In this document: piece by piece, positions 8,638 through 19,227 of the stretch | Layout: the number at the start of each line of letters is the position of its first letter | Position numbering within the stretch: the first letter of the stretch is position 1 | Source: Oceanispirochaeta sp. | Lineage (GTDB): Bacteria > Spirochaetota > Spirochaetia > DSM-2461 | Assembly: GCA_963663385.2 (NCBI GenBank) | Contig: CAXXXD010000003.1 | Location: forward strand, 320,001 to 384,000 | Length of the DNA stretch: 64,000 nucleotides | Reading direction: 5' to 3' | The notes under the pieces: generated by a model | The model's input: the letters and a program-made list of their open reading frames with translations, nothing else | What the model was told of the DNA's origin: nothing | Databases searched by the model: none | Made by a program: the position numbers and the translations under genes

Positions 8638-9960
8638 TTAAAAAAAAGTTATATCTTCCAGAATCCCGGCCAGCTCTTTATTATTTTCCAGACAGGATAG
8701 CAGTTTGTCCGCTACTTTTCCCCGGGCCTGCTCAACCGTGAGTCCTCCGGATTTTTCCTCAGTACTCTGCCAGAGTACAGCTTCGCCCTCTTTCGAGATC
8801 TGAGCAATAAAGCATCTCCCGTAGGCAATAATGATGCCATAATCATTTTCCGGCGCTTCATGATAGGAAAAAGACAACTTGATCCGTTTGTCGGATGCAC
8901 CGTTTGTAAGCGAAAAAGGAGTCTGTCTGTTCAGGAGTTCCAGGGTTCTGTCGTAAAGGGCTTTATCGGTCCCTTCATTTTCCAGTACCAGCTGTACAAG
9001 GAGGGGATTAATCAGTACGGATGAAGAGACCCGAGGCAGGGCATAATCCAGTTGGGCTTTAAGAGCAGGATTTTCGAAGGGTGATGCCAGTACCAGGCTG
9101 TAGTTGACTTCCCCCGGTTCTTCACCAACCCTGTAAAGCCATTCGAAGCTTCCGTCGGGATTGGTGGGGATCTGTCCCAGAAGGTGGTTTTCGTCTTTGC
9201 TCAGGTTCAGAATCAGAGATCCCGCATTCCTGCCTTCTGCACTTTCAATCTCACCTTTAAAGGTGACCGACTGCATCTGTGTCATTTCAGAAGGAAAAGG
9301 AACTACGGGAATATTCAGTCCGTTAATAAGGTTTTCCGCGCGTATCAGCAGGAGCGTATCAATAGAACCTTTCTGTCCGAACAGTTCTATTTTTACCTTG
9401 CGGCCCGTGTAGTTATTCTTATAATCCGTATAGGCCCTGTCAATGGTTTTCAATTCGCTTAATGTATCACGGAAGATATCCGAAAACATTTCTTCTATTC
9501 TCTGGATCATATCCTGAGCCCTTTTTTCCTGTATGGATTCCCACTCCATCTTATTCAGCCTCAGATAATACCAGTAGCCGTCTTCTTCGGAGTACCAGGT
9601 TCCCATCGTTTCCAGGGCTTCCAGATCCTGTTCAACATTCTGTTTGATATTCTGTTCAATCAGATGGGATTCACCTTCTTCGGAACTGTCCGTAACATTA
9701 ATATCCAGGCTGCTTTCGACAGAGGCATAAATTTCGGAGGATATCTGAGCCAGAGCCCTGGCCCTGGCGAGTTCCTTGTCTTCCGCCTGATTACCCGTGT
9801 TGGATCCTCCGATCCCGATATAGTAGAGGGAACCCGACGGCTGACTTGTAATCCAGGCAGGCTTTTCAGCCTTTTCAGAACCCGGTGATCCTCCGGAAGC
9901 ACAGGATAATATTATCCCGGATAAAAGAATTGCAATACAAAATCCATAGACATTCTTCAT
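8638..9960 (-). CDS. LPP20-family lipoprotein
   Basis: Signal peptide with lipobox ILSC; KPAWI..., YYIGIG, ARARALAQISSEI typical of the LPP20 domain. Confidence 0.75.
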   Translation of the reverse strand: MKNVYGFCIAILLSGIILSCASGGSPGSEKAEKPAWITSQPSGSLYYIGIGGSNTGNQAEDKELARARALAQISSEIYASVESSLDINVTDSSEEGESHLIEQNIKQNVEQDLEALETMGTWYSEEDGYWYYLRLNKMEWESIQEKRAQDMIQRIEEMFSDIFRDTLSELKTIDRAYTDYKNNYTGRKVKIELFGQKGSIDTLLLIRAENLINGLNIPVVPFPSEMTQMQSVTFKGEIESAEGRNAGSLILNLSKDENHLLGQIPTNPDGSFEWLYRVGEEPGEVNYSLVLASPFENPALKAQLDYALPRVSSSVLINPLLVQLVLENEGTDKALYDRTLELLNRQTPFSLTNGASDKRIKLSFSYHEAPENDYGIIIAYGRCFIAQISKEGEAVLWQSTEEKSGGLTVEQARGKVADKLLSCLENNKELAGILEDITFF

Positions 9961-10205
9961 AATTTTTTCTGTGCTCCCTTTTCGGTCATTTCCTATGTAT
10001 CCCGACAGGATAAACAGTGCTATATTTAATATATGATAAACAGTTCAATTTTATTATAACAAGAAGAGATTGTTCCTGCAATTGAAATAAACAGGGGCGA
10101 TTGGTTTAAAAAAGTGAATATCGGTTTGAATTGTTGGGCAGGTGAATGTAAAATTTAAGCTGACTGGTAATAGCTTGTTATTATCATGACAATCGGAGGA
10201 CTCAT

Positions 10206-11426
10206 ATGTTGAAAAGAATACTGCTGCCTTTATTATTTATATTCATTTCCATCTCTCTGGCAGCTCAGCCCAAAATCGCTGTATTGGATGCCACTACCGG
10301 TCAGGGCGTTTCTCCCAATGCCAGTGCGATAGTAGCGGATACCATTAACGAGCAGTTTGTAAAAGCTCCCCAGTTTACAGCTATTGATCGTGCCTATATA
10401 TCCAAAATTCAGGAAGAGAAAAAATTCCAGCTTTCGGGTGATGTTAACGAAGCGGACATAAAGGAAATCGGTAGCACTTTCGGAGCGGACTATCTCTGCG
10501 TCGCCAATGTCAGTCTCCTGGGATCTACCTATACCGTTTCGGCCAGGCTTATAGAAGTCAGCACCGCCGAAGTCACTTCCCAGGAATCCCACTATGCCAA
10601 AGGGGAGATCGACATACTCTTTGAAATAGCCCAGATTGTCGGAGCTAAACTGGTAGGGGCAGATATTTCTGCATTTATCCATAGCGAGCCTGTTGCGGAA
10701 CCGGAGCCTGAGCCTGAACCTGCAGTAGAACCTGAGCCTGAAACCCGGGTAGAACCGGAACCCCGGTATGAACCTGTTCCGGAGCCCCGCAGGGAGAAAC
10801 CGAAGAAAGAGGTTAAAGGGCACTTCCTGGCTTCCTGGATGTTTCCCGCCTACAGCGGAGCGGAGGATTCGGTTACAGGGGGCTACTCTTTTTATACAAT
10901 GGATGAATTTCTTAATGATATTGATGATGATTATGATGCCTCCAATACTCATACCGGCATCGATGTTCATCTGCTTCAGCCGGTAGCCGGATTTGTTTAT
11001 ATGTCCGTAGGATTTACCTATACCCAGCAGGTTGTTGAATTTGATGACTCAGACGGGGATCTGTTTCAGTACGAAACTTTCTCTACCTATGAGCCGTATC
11101 TGGGACTGGGGGTTATTGTGGCCCCCACATCCTTCATGAATGTATACGGCGGTGTTCTGGGCGGTATCAATATCTTTGTCCTGGGTTCGGATTACGGGGG
11201 ATACGCCGATGGAGCTCTCTGGGAGGATGAGGGAGAAGCGGCGGTCGGCGCCACCCTGGGATTTGAGCTGGGATCAACCTTTTACTGGGGCCCCTTCGGT
11301 CTTGATATCCGCTACAAGTTTACAAGGAGCGGTAATATGACAGGAGACCTGATTTTTACCGAGGATTACGAAGATACCAGTTTCGGAACCCATGGTCTGA
11401 TGCTGGGAATCGGATTTGTGTTTTAA
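10206..11426 (+). CDS. Secreted protein: CsgG/TolB-N-like domain, Pro-Glu linker, C-terminal outer-membrane beta-barrel-like domain
   Basis: Signal peptide; IAVLD...IDR...IQEEKKFQLSG...IG...GADY...VSARLIEV; EP-rich linker; alternating aromatic strands ending GIGFVF. Confidence 0.7.
   Translation: MLKRILLPLLFIFISISLAAQPKIAVLDATTGQGVSPNASAIVADTINEQFVKAPQFTAIDRAYISKIQEEKKFQLSGDVNEADIKEIGSTFGADYLCVANVSLLGSTYTVSARLIEVSTAEVTSQESHYAKGEIDILFEIAQIVGAKLVGADISAFIHSEPVAEPEPEPEPAVEPEPETRVEPEPRYEPVPEPRREKPKKEVKGHFLASWMFPAYSGAEDSVTGGYSFYTMDEFLNDIDDDYDASNTHTGIDVHLLQPVAGFVYMSVGFTYTQQVVEFDDSDGDLFQYETFSTYEPYLGLGVIVAPTSFMNVYGGVLGGINIFVLGSDYGGYADGALWEDEGEAAVGATLGFELGSTFYWGPFGLDIRYKFTRSGNMTGDLIFTEDYEDTSFGTHGLMLGIGFVF
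10686..10787 (+). repeat. Coding low-complexity (Glu-Pro)n repeats
   Basis: Repeated GAGCCT/GAACCG/GAACCT hexamers encoding EPVAEPEPEPEPAVEPEPETRVEPEPRYEPVPEP. Confidence 0.8.
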
Positions 11427-11457
11427 CCGTTGACGTAACATATCAGGCAGTTGAAAC

Positions 11458-11497
11458 CGGATTGGAGATCTTTCCGGATCGTACAATCTGTTTTTTT
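11458..11497 (+). terminator. Rho-independent terminator
   Basis: CGGATTG-gaGATC...GATC-gta-CAATCTG followed by T7. Confidence 0.6.
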
Positions 11498-11550
11498 GTC
11501 CCTCCCTGAAGATTGCAGGAGATCTGTTATCTTTAGTATAATCCCAGTAC

Positions 11551-12291
11551 ATGAAGGGGAAACAAAACATTTACTCACGGAAAAAAGAGCTTCTGGAGGG
11601 GGCTGTTAAATCCCTGCCTCTGCTGCTGGGGGCATCGCCTTTCGGATTGATCTACGGCACCCTGGCTGTTACCGGCGGGCTATCTGTTCCGGCTGCTCTG
11701 GCCATGTCCGCCTTTGTTTTTGCAGGTTCATCCCAGTTTATAGCTGTGGGACTGGTTGCCGTTAAGGCTCCCGTTCTGATCATTATCCTGACCACTTTTG
11801 TGGTTAATCTGCGGCATATGCTCTATAGTGCTGCTTTACTTCCCTTTCTGAAGGTTCTTCCTCAGCGCTGGCGGATCCCGCTGGCCTTCTGGCTAACGGA
11901 TGAAACGTTTGCTGTAACCGTGGTTCGGTACAATGAAGAAGATCACTCCTCCTATAAACATTGGTTTCAGCTCGGGTCTTCACTGGCTATGTATCTGAAC
12001 TGGCAGTTCTGGTGTGGGTTGGGACTTTTTGTCGGTGGCAGAATACAGAATGCTCAGAACTGGGGACTGGATTTTGCCATGCCCGTTACATTTATCGGTA
12101 TAACCATACCTTTTGTCAAAAACAGGTCCGCCCTGAGCTGTGTAATGATAGCCGGGGCCTCGTCTCTTATAACGGGAGGGATGCCCTATAAACTGGGACT
12201 GATTGTTTCTGCCCTGGCCGGTATCCTGACCGGATTGGCTGTGGAGTATGCAGATAAAAAACGTCAGGAAATGAAGGGAGACTTGTCATGA
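11551..12291 (+). CDS. azlC: AzlC-family branched-chain amino acid exporter subunit
   Basis: [35 protein letters not shown]. Confidence 0.92.
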   Translation: MKGKQNIYSRKKELLEGAVKSLPLLLGASPFGLIYGTLAVTGGLSVPAALAMSAFVFAGSSQFIAVGLVAVKAPVLIIILTTFVVNLRHMLYSAALLPFLKVLPQRWRIPLAFWLTDETFAVTVVRYNEEDHSSYKHWFQLGSSLAMYLNWQFWCGLGLFVGGRIQNAQNWGLDFAMPVTFIGITIPFVKNRSALSCVMIAGASSLITGGMPYKLGLIVSALAGILTGLAVEYADKKRQEMKGDLS

Positions 12292-12617
12292 CATCCAGTG
12301 AAACTATTATGATAATTGGAATGACGGCCGTTACCTTTGGTATTCGTTATATACTGCTTGCTCTGGCCGACCGTTTTTCCCTGCCGCCCCTGATGGAACG
12401 GGCTCTGGGGTATGTCCCCCCTGCCGTATTGACGGCTATTACAGTGCCTGCGGTTCTTATGCCTCACGGGCAGATGGAACTAAGTGTCGGCAATGCTTAT
12501 CTTTTTGGTGCAATAGCTGCGGTTGCTGCGGGTTGCATCTTTAGAAAACACAGTCTGTTAGCCTCAATAGGTGGGGGATTACTTATTTTTTTTCTCTGGC
12601 GCTATGGGATTACATGA
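12288..12617 (+). CDS. azlD: AzlD-family exporter subunit
   Basis: [27 protein letters not shown] overlap with azlC. Confidence 0.9.
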   Translation: MTSSETIMIIGMTAVTFGIRYILLALADRFSLPPLMERALGYVPPAVLTAITVPAVLMPHGQMELSVGNAYLFGAIAAVAAGCIFRKHSLLASIGGGLLIFFLWRYGIT

Positions 12618-12734
12618 TTATAGAGATAACATTGACAACGAACCTCAAAATTATAAAGCCAAACGTGAGTCCATTCGTGGTTTTACAGGACAGACTAGGC
12701 ATAGAAAATACTTTTCAGGTTTAATCCTTGAAAC

Positions 12735-13859
12735 TCAAATATCTATAAAATCCAAATTAACTTTAGAAGAAACGACTTCACCTGAGATTGATATAATTTT
12801 CATAGAATCCGACGAAAATTGTACTTTCTCAACTTTTGTAAAATTAGAAGATATTGGTAATGCTCCTTCTATATAAGGAAAAGAGGACACAGTACTAGAA
12901 GTAAAAGACCAAACAGTCTTATAACCTTTTTCACTCATAGGATTCGAATTACGACAATCTACGACAGGAGAGGCAAATAAACTGCATGTATCTTCCAGTC
13001 CCAAAACTCTGGTTCTCCCATTCCAGGGAGTTTGATGTCTGCCTTTATCTTCCATCCATAAAAGAGATGTTCCGAATAATTTCTGGTTTTTTAATGAAAA
13101 ATATAGAAATCCTTCATCAGGATACGCTGCAATGCTCCATGCTATACCGGGTACTGGGGCACGATACCCTGCTATTATATCTACAAACCCTTCAAGCCTG
13201 GGAAAAACCAGACAATCTGAAGATTCTCCATTAATCATGGGCACTTTACTCATATCAGTAAAATATGCATTGGGTTTCAGAGAAAAATACTCACCACCTT
13301 TGTATTGAGAGACAGACTGTCCATCTGTTTTTCCTGTCTCAAAAGGACTATTTGATACATACATACGCCCGGATTCTGGCATTCTGAGGTTTGGATGATA
13401 ACCTACAGGGTAGCAGCCATCCACCCCTTTCACAGAACTTAATGTGTAAATAATATTATTCTTTATAGTAATCTTTTTGCTGACAGATCCACCTATATCT
13501 TCTGGATTAATACTTAATGTGAGAGTATCTCCTAATTCTGTAGACTCAATACCTGCCAGATCCCACCGACCGGAAGCCACGTCTCCGTGTGTATTAAAGA
13601 ACTGGTCTTTACCGTCAAACCCTCCAGCTCCAAATGGCAGGCAGAAAAAGTTCCCCCTTAGTGAGTTTAAGACGGGATCATTACTATGATCCAGGTTTTC
13701 ATTTCGCCATGGATTAATAAAGTAAGGAGCAAAACCTCCTCTCTCTTTTTGAAAAACCACTGGAGCACAATGAGCCCCCAGACGGGTAATAAATACATCT
13801 GTTGAGTTACTATTATAGCTAAAACCGTTCTCTTCTTCATTCCATGTATTTAAACTCAT
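12735..13859 (-). CDS. Hypothetical protein, probable galactose-mutarotase-like (aldose epimerase) fold
   Basis: RGNFFCLPFG, THG...W, GYHPNL, LGLED pattern of His/His/Glu; last gene of the sugar ABC operon; RBS GGGAG. Confidence 0.55.
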   Translation of the reverse strand: MSLNTWNEEENGFSYNSNSTDVFITRLGAHCAPVVFQKERGGFAPYFINPWRNENLDHSNDPVLNSLRGNFFCLPFGAGGFDGKDQFFNTHGDVASGRWDLAGIESTELGDTLTLSINPEDIGGSVSKKITIKNNIIYTLSSVKGVDGCYPVGYHPNLRMPESGRMYVSNSPFETGKTDGQSVSQYKGGEYFSLKPNAYFTDMSKVPMINGESSDCLVFPRLEGFVDIIAGYRAPVPGIAWSIAAYPDEGFLYFSLKNQKLFGTSLLWMEDKGRHQTPWNGRTRVLGLEDTCSLFASPVVDCRNSNPMSEKGYKTVWSFTSSTVSSFPYIEGALPISSNFTKVEKVQFSSDSMKIISISGEVVSSKVNLDFIDI

Positions 13860-13883
13860 TCTTACTCACTCCCTTTCATTTTT

Positions 13884-14852
13884 TTATTTAATAATTATAT
13901 TTTTCCCAATTCGGTCTGTATTGATAAAGACAGCGAATAAAACCAAAACACCAAATGCTATTCTTTGCCAGTAAGGATCAAGCTGAACAACATTAAATCC
14001 ACTTTGTATTGCTAATACAATCAGAACACCCGGAAATGTTTTTAATACATTTCCTTTACCACCGGTTAATGCTGTACCTCCAAGTATAACAGCAGCAATA
14101 GCCGGGAGAGTCATGGGATCTCCAATCCTTGGAAGACTACTAAACATTTTGACAGATAAAAAGAAACCACTGAATGCGCTGCAAATACCACTGATAACAA
14201 AAACTGAAATCCTCACACTATCAACTTTAATTCCTGCGACACGGGCTACACGCTGATTAGCTCCTACAGCCAGAATGGATCTTCCAGTCGCTGTCTTGAT
14301 CTGAAAAAAATAAAGAACACCGAGAATTATCAAACCAGAAATAAAAACAAGAGGAAAAGGTCCTATGGTAATGGAGTTCCAACTAAGTCTTGAAGTTAAT
14401 TCCGGAGGCATTGCTTTTGATCTTCCTGATGAAATTATAAGAGCAATACATGCCCATATGTTGGCTGTACACAACGTTATTATAAATGAAGGTATTTTGA
14501 ATTTAACAAGTAGAAAACCGTTTATAAAACCGGCTAAAAGGCCAAAAAGAAAAATAACAGGTATAATCCCATACCCAATCCCAGGCATCCATAAACCTGT
14601 CATGACACAGGCAAGAGAAGTCATACTGCCAACAGATAAGTCTATCGATCCAATCAGCAAAACAAAAGTCACTCCAAGAGCCATAAAAAGCAAAGGAGTA
14701 ATGTCAAAAAGTATATTTTTAATATTCTGAAAATTTATAAAATTTGGATTAGTTATTGTAAATAACCCTATTATTGCAATAAGCATAATAAGGCCTCCAA
14801 GATCATTGACAACCGTTCTCATATTTATTTTTTTTATTGTTATGGAATTCAT
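13884..14852 (-). CDS. Monosaccharide ABC transporter permease (RbsC-like)
   Basis: GSIDLSVGS, GRSILAVGAN, IAAVILGGTALTGGKG; start moved to ATG 14852 behind AGGAG. Confidence 0.92.
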   Translation of the reverse strand: MNSITIKKINMRTVVNDLGGLIMLIAIIGLFTITNPNFINFQNIKNILFDITPLLFMALGVTFVLLIGSIDLSVGSMTSLACVMTGLWMPGIGYGIIPVIFLFGLLAGFINGFLLVKFKIPSFIITLCTANIWACIALIISSGRSKAMPPELTSRLSWNSITIGPFPLVFISGLIILGVLYFFQIKTATGRSILAVGANQRVARVAGIKVDSVRISVFVISGICSAFSGFFLSVKMFSSLPRIGDPMTLPAIAAVILGGTALTGGKGNVLKTFPGVLIVLAIQSGFNVVQLDPYWQRIAFGVLVLFAVFINTDRIGKNIIIK

Positions 14853-14865
14853 ATCAAATCTCCTG

Positions 14866-16395
14866 TTACAGCATATATTTAACAATATCAACTTGAGATG
14901 GTTTATTATCAACCGAGGCATCATATTCCTTCTGGAATAAACCATCTTTCATTACAATTATTCTGCTTGATATTCCAATACTTTCATCTAATGTATCACC
15001 CAAAAGAATGACCGCTATTCCATTTGATGACAGTTCTCTTATTAAAGAATAAATATCTTCCTTGGCACCTACATCAACACCACGGGTCGGGTGATTTAGA
15101 ATCACGATATCGGCATCACTGGATACAACACGGGAAAAAACAACTTTCTGAGCATTTCCACCACTCAGCAATTCGGCGTGTTCATTAATGGACGCACACT
15201 TAATCTCTAGGTCTTGAACCCATTTCATAGCAAGTTCCCTTTGCTTTACAGAAGATATGAAGCCATTTCTCTTTACCATTTCATAGTTTGACATACAGAT
15301 ATTTTCTGTTACATCAAGAATACCGACAATACCTTCATCCCGGCGTTCTTTTGGTACTGATAAAATCCCGCATTTCAAAGCATCATGAGGTGAGGAAAAC
15401 TTTTGTAAAGACCCTTTTACATATAGCTCTCCCCGTTCAGCAATTTCGTCTCCGGACAGGACAGCACATAACCTTTCTTTCCCAGATCCTACGACCCCGC
15501 AGATACCCAGTATCTCACCTTTATGCAGGTCAAAACTCACATTCTTAAAGCTACCAAGCTGTCCCAGGTCTTTTGCAGATAGTACAATATCATCCTGAGG
15601 TTTTACTTGTTTATCAGTTTTATAATAGGTTCCGGAAGTAGCACGACCAACCATTTTATCATAAAGAATACTCTCATCTGCATCTTCCGTTTTAAAAAAT
15701 CCGGCATTTCTACCATCTTTAAAAATAAAAATACTGTCACATAATGAGAGAATCTCATCCAGCCGGTGAGAAACGAAAAGAACAGAATTCCCTTTGTCTC
15801 TGACTTTACGTAATTCTGAAAAGAGCTGTGCAATATCTCTGTCACTCAAAACTGAAGTAGGTTCATCCATAAGAACCAGAGAACTGGAACCGGAAGTGCC
15901 TCCCGTAATATCAATAACCTTGGCAATTTCAACCATCTGACGGGTCGCAAAATCAAGATCTATTATTTTTTTTTCAACTTGAATATTATTTATTCCAATG
16001 GAGCTTAATACTTTTCTGGCATCACTATTCATAGCTTTCCAGTTTATTAATCCTAATCTGGAATATCTGGCTTCTCTTCCGAGAAATATATTTTGACTGA
16101 CTGTCAGATTTTTAATGAGTGATTGTTCCTGAAAAACCATACCAACGCCCAACTTATTAGCATGAACAGTATTTGAAACACTAAAGGGTTTACCATTCAT
16201 TTCCATTGTACCGGATGTGGGCATTTCAACACCGGTAATTATTTTCTGCAGTGTTGATTTACCAGCGCCATTCTCACCTATCAAGCCAACAATTTCACCC
16301 CGGTGTATTTCCATATTTATATTCTGAAGGACTGTATTATCTCCGTATTGTTTTTCAATATCTTTTATCTTAAAAAAAACTTCGCCATCATTCAT
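14866..16395 (-). CDS. Monosaccharide ABC transporter ATP-binding protein (RbsA-like, duplicated ATPase)
   Basis: GENGAGKST, MDEPTS, LSGGNAQK, PTRGVDVGAK. Confidence 0.93.
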   Translation of the reverse strand: MNDGEVFFKIKDIEKQYGDNTVLQNINMEIHRGEIVGLIGENGAGKSTLQKIITGVEMPTSGTMEMNGKPFSVSNTVHANKLGVGMVFQEQSLIKNLTVSQNIFLGREARYSRLGLINWKAMNSDARKVLSSIGINNIQVEKKIIDLDFATRQMVEIAKVIDITGGTSGSSSLVLMDEPTSVLSDRDIAQLFSELRKVRDKGNSVLFVSHRLDEILSLCDSIFIFKDGRNAGFFKTEDADESILYDKMVGRATSGTYYKTDKQVKPQDDIVLSAKDLGQLGSFKNVSFDLHKGEILGICGVVGSGKERLCAVLSGDEIAERGELYVKGSLQKFSSPHDALKCGILSVPKERRDEGIVGILDVTENICMSNYEMVKRNGFISSVKQRELAMKWVQDLEIKCASINEHAELLSGGNAQKVVFSRVVSSDADIVILNHPTRGVDVGAKEDIYSLIRELSSNGIAVILLGDTLDESIGISSRIIVMKDGLFQKEYDASVDNKPSQVDIVKYML

Positions 16396-16407
16396 AATCA
16401 CTCCTCA

Positions 16408-17442
16408 CTACTTCACTATCAGTTTTCGACCGCGGGTAACAGTAAGCGATACAACAAGAATGATTATCAAACCTTGAACAGCAGGTTGAATATAGGGATT
16501 AACACCTAAAAGAATCATTGCATTACGAATCAAGGATACTATAACAACACCCACCAATGTCTGAAGAAGTCCTCCTTTTCCCCCAGAGAGAGAAGTTCCT
16601 CCAAGTACAACTGCAGTAATGGCAGTAAATAACATTCCGGTGCCCAGAGTGGCATCGCCCCTATTCAGTCTCATAGCTCCAAAGATTCCTGCGAAACTTG
16701 CACAAAATCCACAAAACATAAAAACCTTTATTTTAACATTTTGAACATTAATTCCTATTGAGGATAAAATGCTTTCATTTTCTCCGATAGCAAATATATA
16801 TTGTCCAAAAGCTGTAAATTTCTGCAAAATAAGACCAATGAGAAAAATTAGAATGGCAATAACTGTTATAAAAGGAAAACCAAGAAAATAACCCTGAACA
16901 ATTCTGTCAAAAGCAGGTTCCATAATTCCCGGAGGTGCTCCACTATAGCTTAAAACAGCCAACCCCAGGGTAATGCTGAACATTCCAAATGTAACCATAA
17001 AAGAAGGAATCCTCAGCTTAACATGAAGCAGCCCGTTTAAAAAACCTATAAAAAGGCCGATGGTAATAACAAAAAAAATAGACCAAAGTCCAAAATTATT
17101 TGAGTTTTTCGTATTAACAACCAAAAGAGCCACAACTGATCCTGCTAGCCCCATAACACCTTCTACCGAGAGATCAATACTACCGATAATAATAACGAAA
17201 GTGAGCCCTGTAGCTAAAACAAGTGGCCCGGCTATCTGATTTAATAATCCTTTGATATTATCCTGGGTAAAAAAACCCTGAATAAAAAAGGACATAATTA
17301 AAAAAATAATGCCTAATGTTATGAGTGGTGCAACATCTATAATTCTGGATTTAATTCGCTCTTTATTAACTTTTTCCGAGAACTCCCTGGCTATTGTCAT
17401 TTCATCAGTTACAGTTTTCTTAAATTTAACTTTTTCTTCCAT
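16408..17442 (-). CDS. Monosaccharide ABC transporter permease (RbsC-like)
   Basis: GSIDLSVEG, FGQYIFAIGEN, ITAVVLGGTSLSGGKG. Confidence 0.92.
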   Translation of the reverse strand: MEEKVKFKKTVTDEMTIAREFSEKVNKERIKSRIIDVAPLITLGIIFLIMSFFIQGFFTQDNIKGLLNQIAGPLVLATGLTFVIIIGSIDLSVEGVMGLAGSVVALLVVNTKNSNNFGLWSIFFVITIGLFIGFLNGLLHVKLRIPSFMVTFGMFSITLGLAVLSYSGAPPGIMEPAFDRIVQGYFLGFPFITVIAILIFLIGLILQKFTAFGQYIFAIGENESILSSIGINVQNVKIKVFMFCGFCASFAGIFGAMRLNRGDATLGTGMLFTAITAVVLGGTSLSGGKGGLLQTLVGVVIVSLIRNAMILLGVNPYIQPAVQGLIIILVVSLTVTRGRKLIVK

Positions 17443-17480
17443 ATACACCCCCTCTTAAACAGAAGTAAATTAGACAGGTT

Positions 17481-17518
17481 AAAAAACAAAGTCTGTGACT
17501 GTAAGCACACAGACTTTG
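17481..17518 (-). terminator. Intra-operon stem-loop/terminator after the binding-protein gene
   Basis: CAAAGTCTGTG...CACAGACTTTG 11-bp stem followed on the minus strand by T6. Confidence 0.65.
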
Positions 17519-17534
17519 CCTTATTAAATAAATA

Positions 17535-18668
17535 TTATTTATTAGCGAATTCTTTATGCTGCTCAACAAGTCTGGTAAACGGACCAGCACTGGCAACAGT
17601 CAGATCATCAAAGTTAAAGGTAGGCAAAGCTCCCCCGCCGTAACCAAACATGGAAGCAGGATATTTATCAAGATTATCTTGAGTCAGTACTTCTGAAGAC
17701 ATATTCCAGTAGCGGTTTTCAAGAGCTAAATCTGCTACATTTAATTGGCCAGATTTAGCCTCATAGGCATAAGCAATGGTATAGGCTGCCATTTTAACAC
17801 CGTTCATAAAAGCGGACGCTGTAAGATCGCCATCCTGAATAGCTTTATATGATAATGAACCCCCATCTACACCAACAACTTTTACCTTATTATTCAGCCC
17901 TTTGGCTTTTAAAGCCTGAATAGCAGCAAGAGCCATAGTATCATTGGCACACCAAATGCCATCAATATTATCATACTTTGCAAGCCAGGTTTCTACAATT
18001 TCAAGAGATTTTGGTCCGCTCCAGTCACCAACTTGTCTGTCAACAAGTGTTACACCGGGGAATTCTGCAAGAGCCATATCGAGACCTTTATCACGTTCAT
18101 TAGCTGAATCCTGTCCCAAAACACCCTGAAGGGCAAGAATATTTCCCTTATTGGGAGTGTCAAAACGTTTAAACATCTTCTTGGCAATCTCATACCCCTG
18201 AGGAACACCATTAACAGAGGCAAAACTGACAAAATACTTATATTTGGTAGGATTAAATTCAGGAGGACAATGCCATGTGGCAGACCAGTAACATTCAGCT
18301 TCTTCCAGAATCTCTGCAAGAGGGATCAAATTGGCAGCATTGGCGGGTTCAATGTAAAAGACAATATTGCCTTTACCTTTGGCTGCAATGAGAGCTTTTA
18401 CCCCATTTATCTGTTTTACTTCATCTCCATCATTTGTAAGCAAAGCAAGTTCATAAGAGTCAGCAGGAAGATTGGCTTTAGCAAATACTTCCCCTCCCTT
18501 TGTTAAGGCAGCCCAGAACTCATTATCATAATTTACAAATGTAGTAGCAATGGTAAGTTTTTTACCTTGATCTTCTGTCTGACCATTTGCCAAAACCGGT
18601 GCAGTTACCATTAATATGGATATTCCTGCAAACAGAATACTTTTTAAAGTTTTTGAATTCAATTTCAT
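17535..18668 (-). CDS. Monosaccharide ABC transporter substrate-binding protein (RbsB-like)
   Basis: Signal peptide then ANGQTE; NEFW, NERDKG, IWCANDTMALAA, VVGVDG. Confidence 0.92.
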   Translation of the reverse strand: MKLNSKTLKSILFAGISILMVTAPVLANGQTEDQGKKLTIATTFVNYDNEFWAALTKGGEVFAKANLPADSYELALLTNDGDEVKQINGVKALIAAKGKGNIVFYIEPANAANLIPLAEILEEAECYWSATWHCPPEFNPTKYKYFVSFASVNGVPQGYEIAKKMFKRFDTPNKGNILALQGVLGQDSANERDKGLDMALAEFPGVTLVDRQVGDWSGPKSLEIVETWLAKYDNIDGIWCANDTMALAAIQALKAKGLNNKVKVVGVDGGSLSYKAIQDGDLTASAFMNGVKMAAYTIAYAYEAKSGQLNVADLALENRYWNMSSEVLTQDNLDKYPASMFGYGGGALPTFNFDDLTVASAGPFTRLVEQHKEFANK

Positions 18669-18874
18669 TAAGAAACTCTCCTTTTTTTATTGAACAATAT
18701 TAAACTGTTAAGATTTTTATCTTCTTATTTATTAAGAAGTTAAACTGGCGAAGAACTACAGTATTCCAAAACTGGATGTAGTTCTAAACAATTCTGATAG
18801 ATACTTATAATATTAAAACCTCCCTCTGTTGAGTTAATGTAAAATACCATATTCAATTTACTTGATTGTAAAAT

Positions 18875-18903
18875 ATGTTACGCTCGTATATTTGATTTGT
18901 CAA
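18875..18903 (-). promoter_or_regulatory. sigma70-type promoter of the sugar ABC operon
   Basis: TTGACA (18903-18898) - 17 nt - TAACAT (18880-18875). Confidence 0.55.
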
Positions 18904-19227
18904 TACCAATATTTTATTAATGTAAATAAATATGTTGCATATAAAGATAATTGGTAATACAATGGCATTGCCATTTGATCTAGGTAATAACTGAGAATAT
19001 AATATTTATGTCTTTTACTTAGAGAAATGCAGTTTCCGGTTTTTATTATAGTCCTGGATTTTACTTAATATCCTGTTCACAGGGGAATCCAGACTTTTAA
19101 TAATGATCAAATTATTTTAGTTTTAGGAGATATACTCCTTATAGACTTGAGATAGAATGCTGTATATTTAGTACACACAACAAAATCAACTTCTTATTGA
19201 AGTGCACGGGACAGGGAGTCAACAGTT

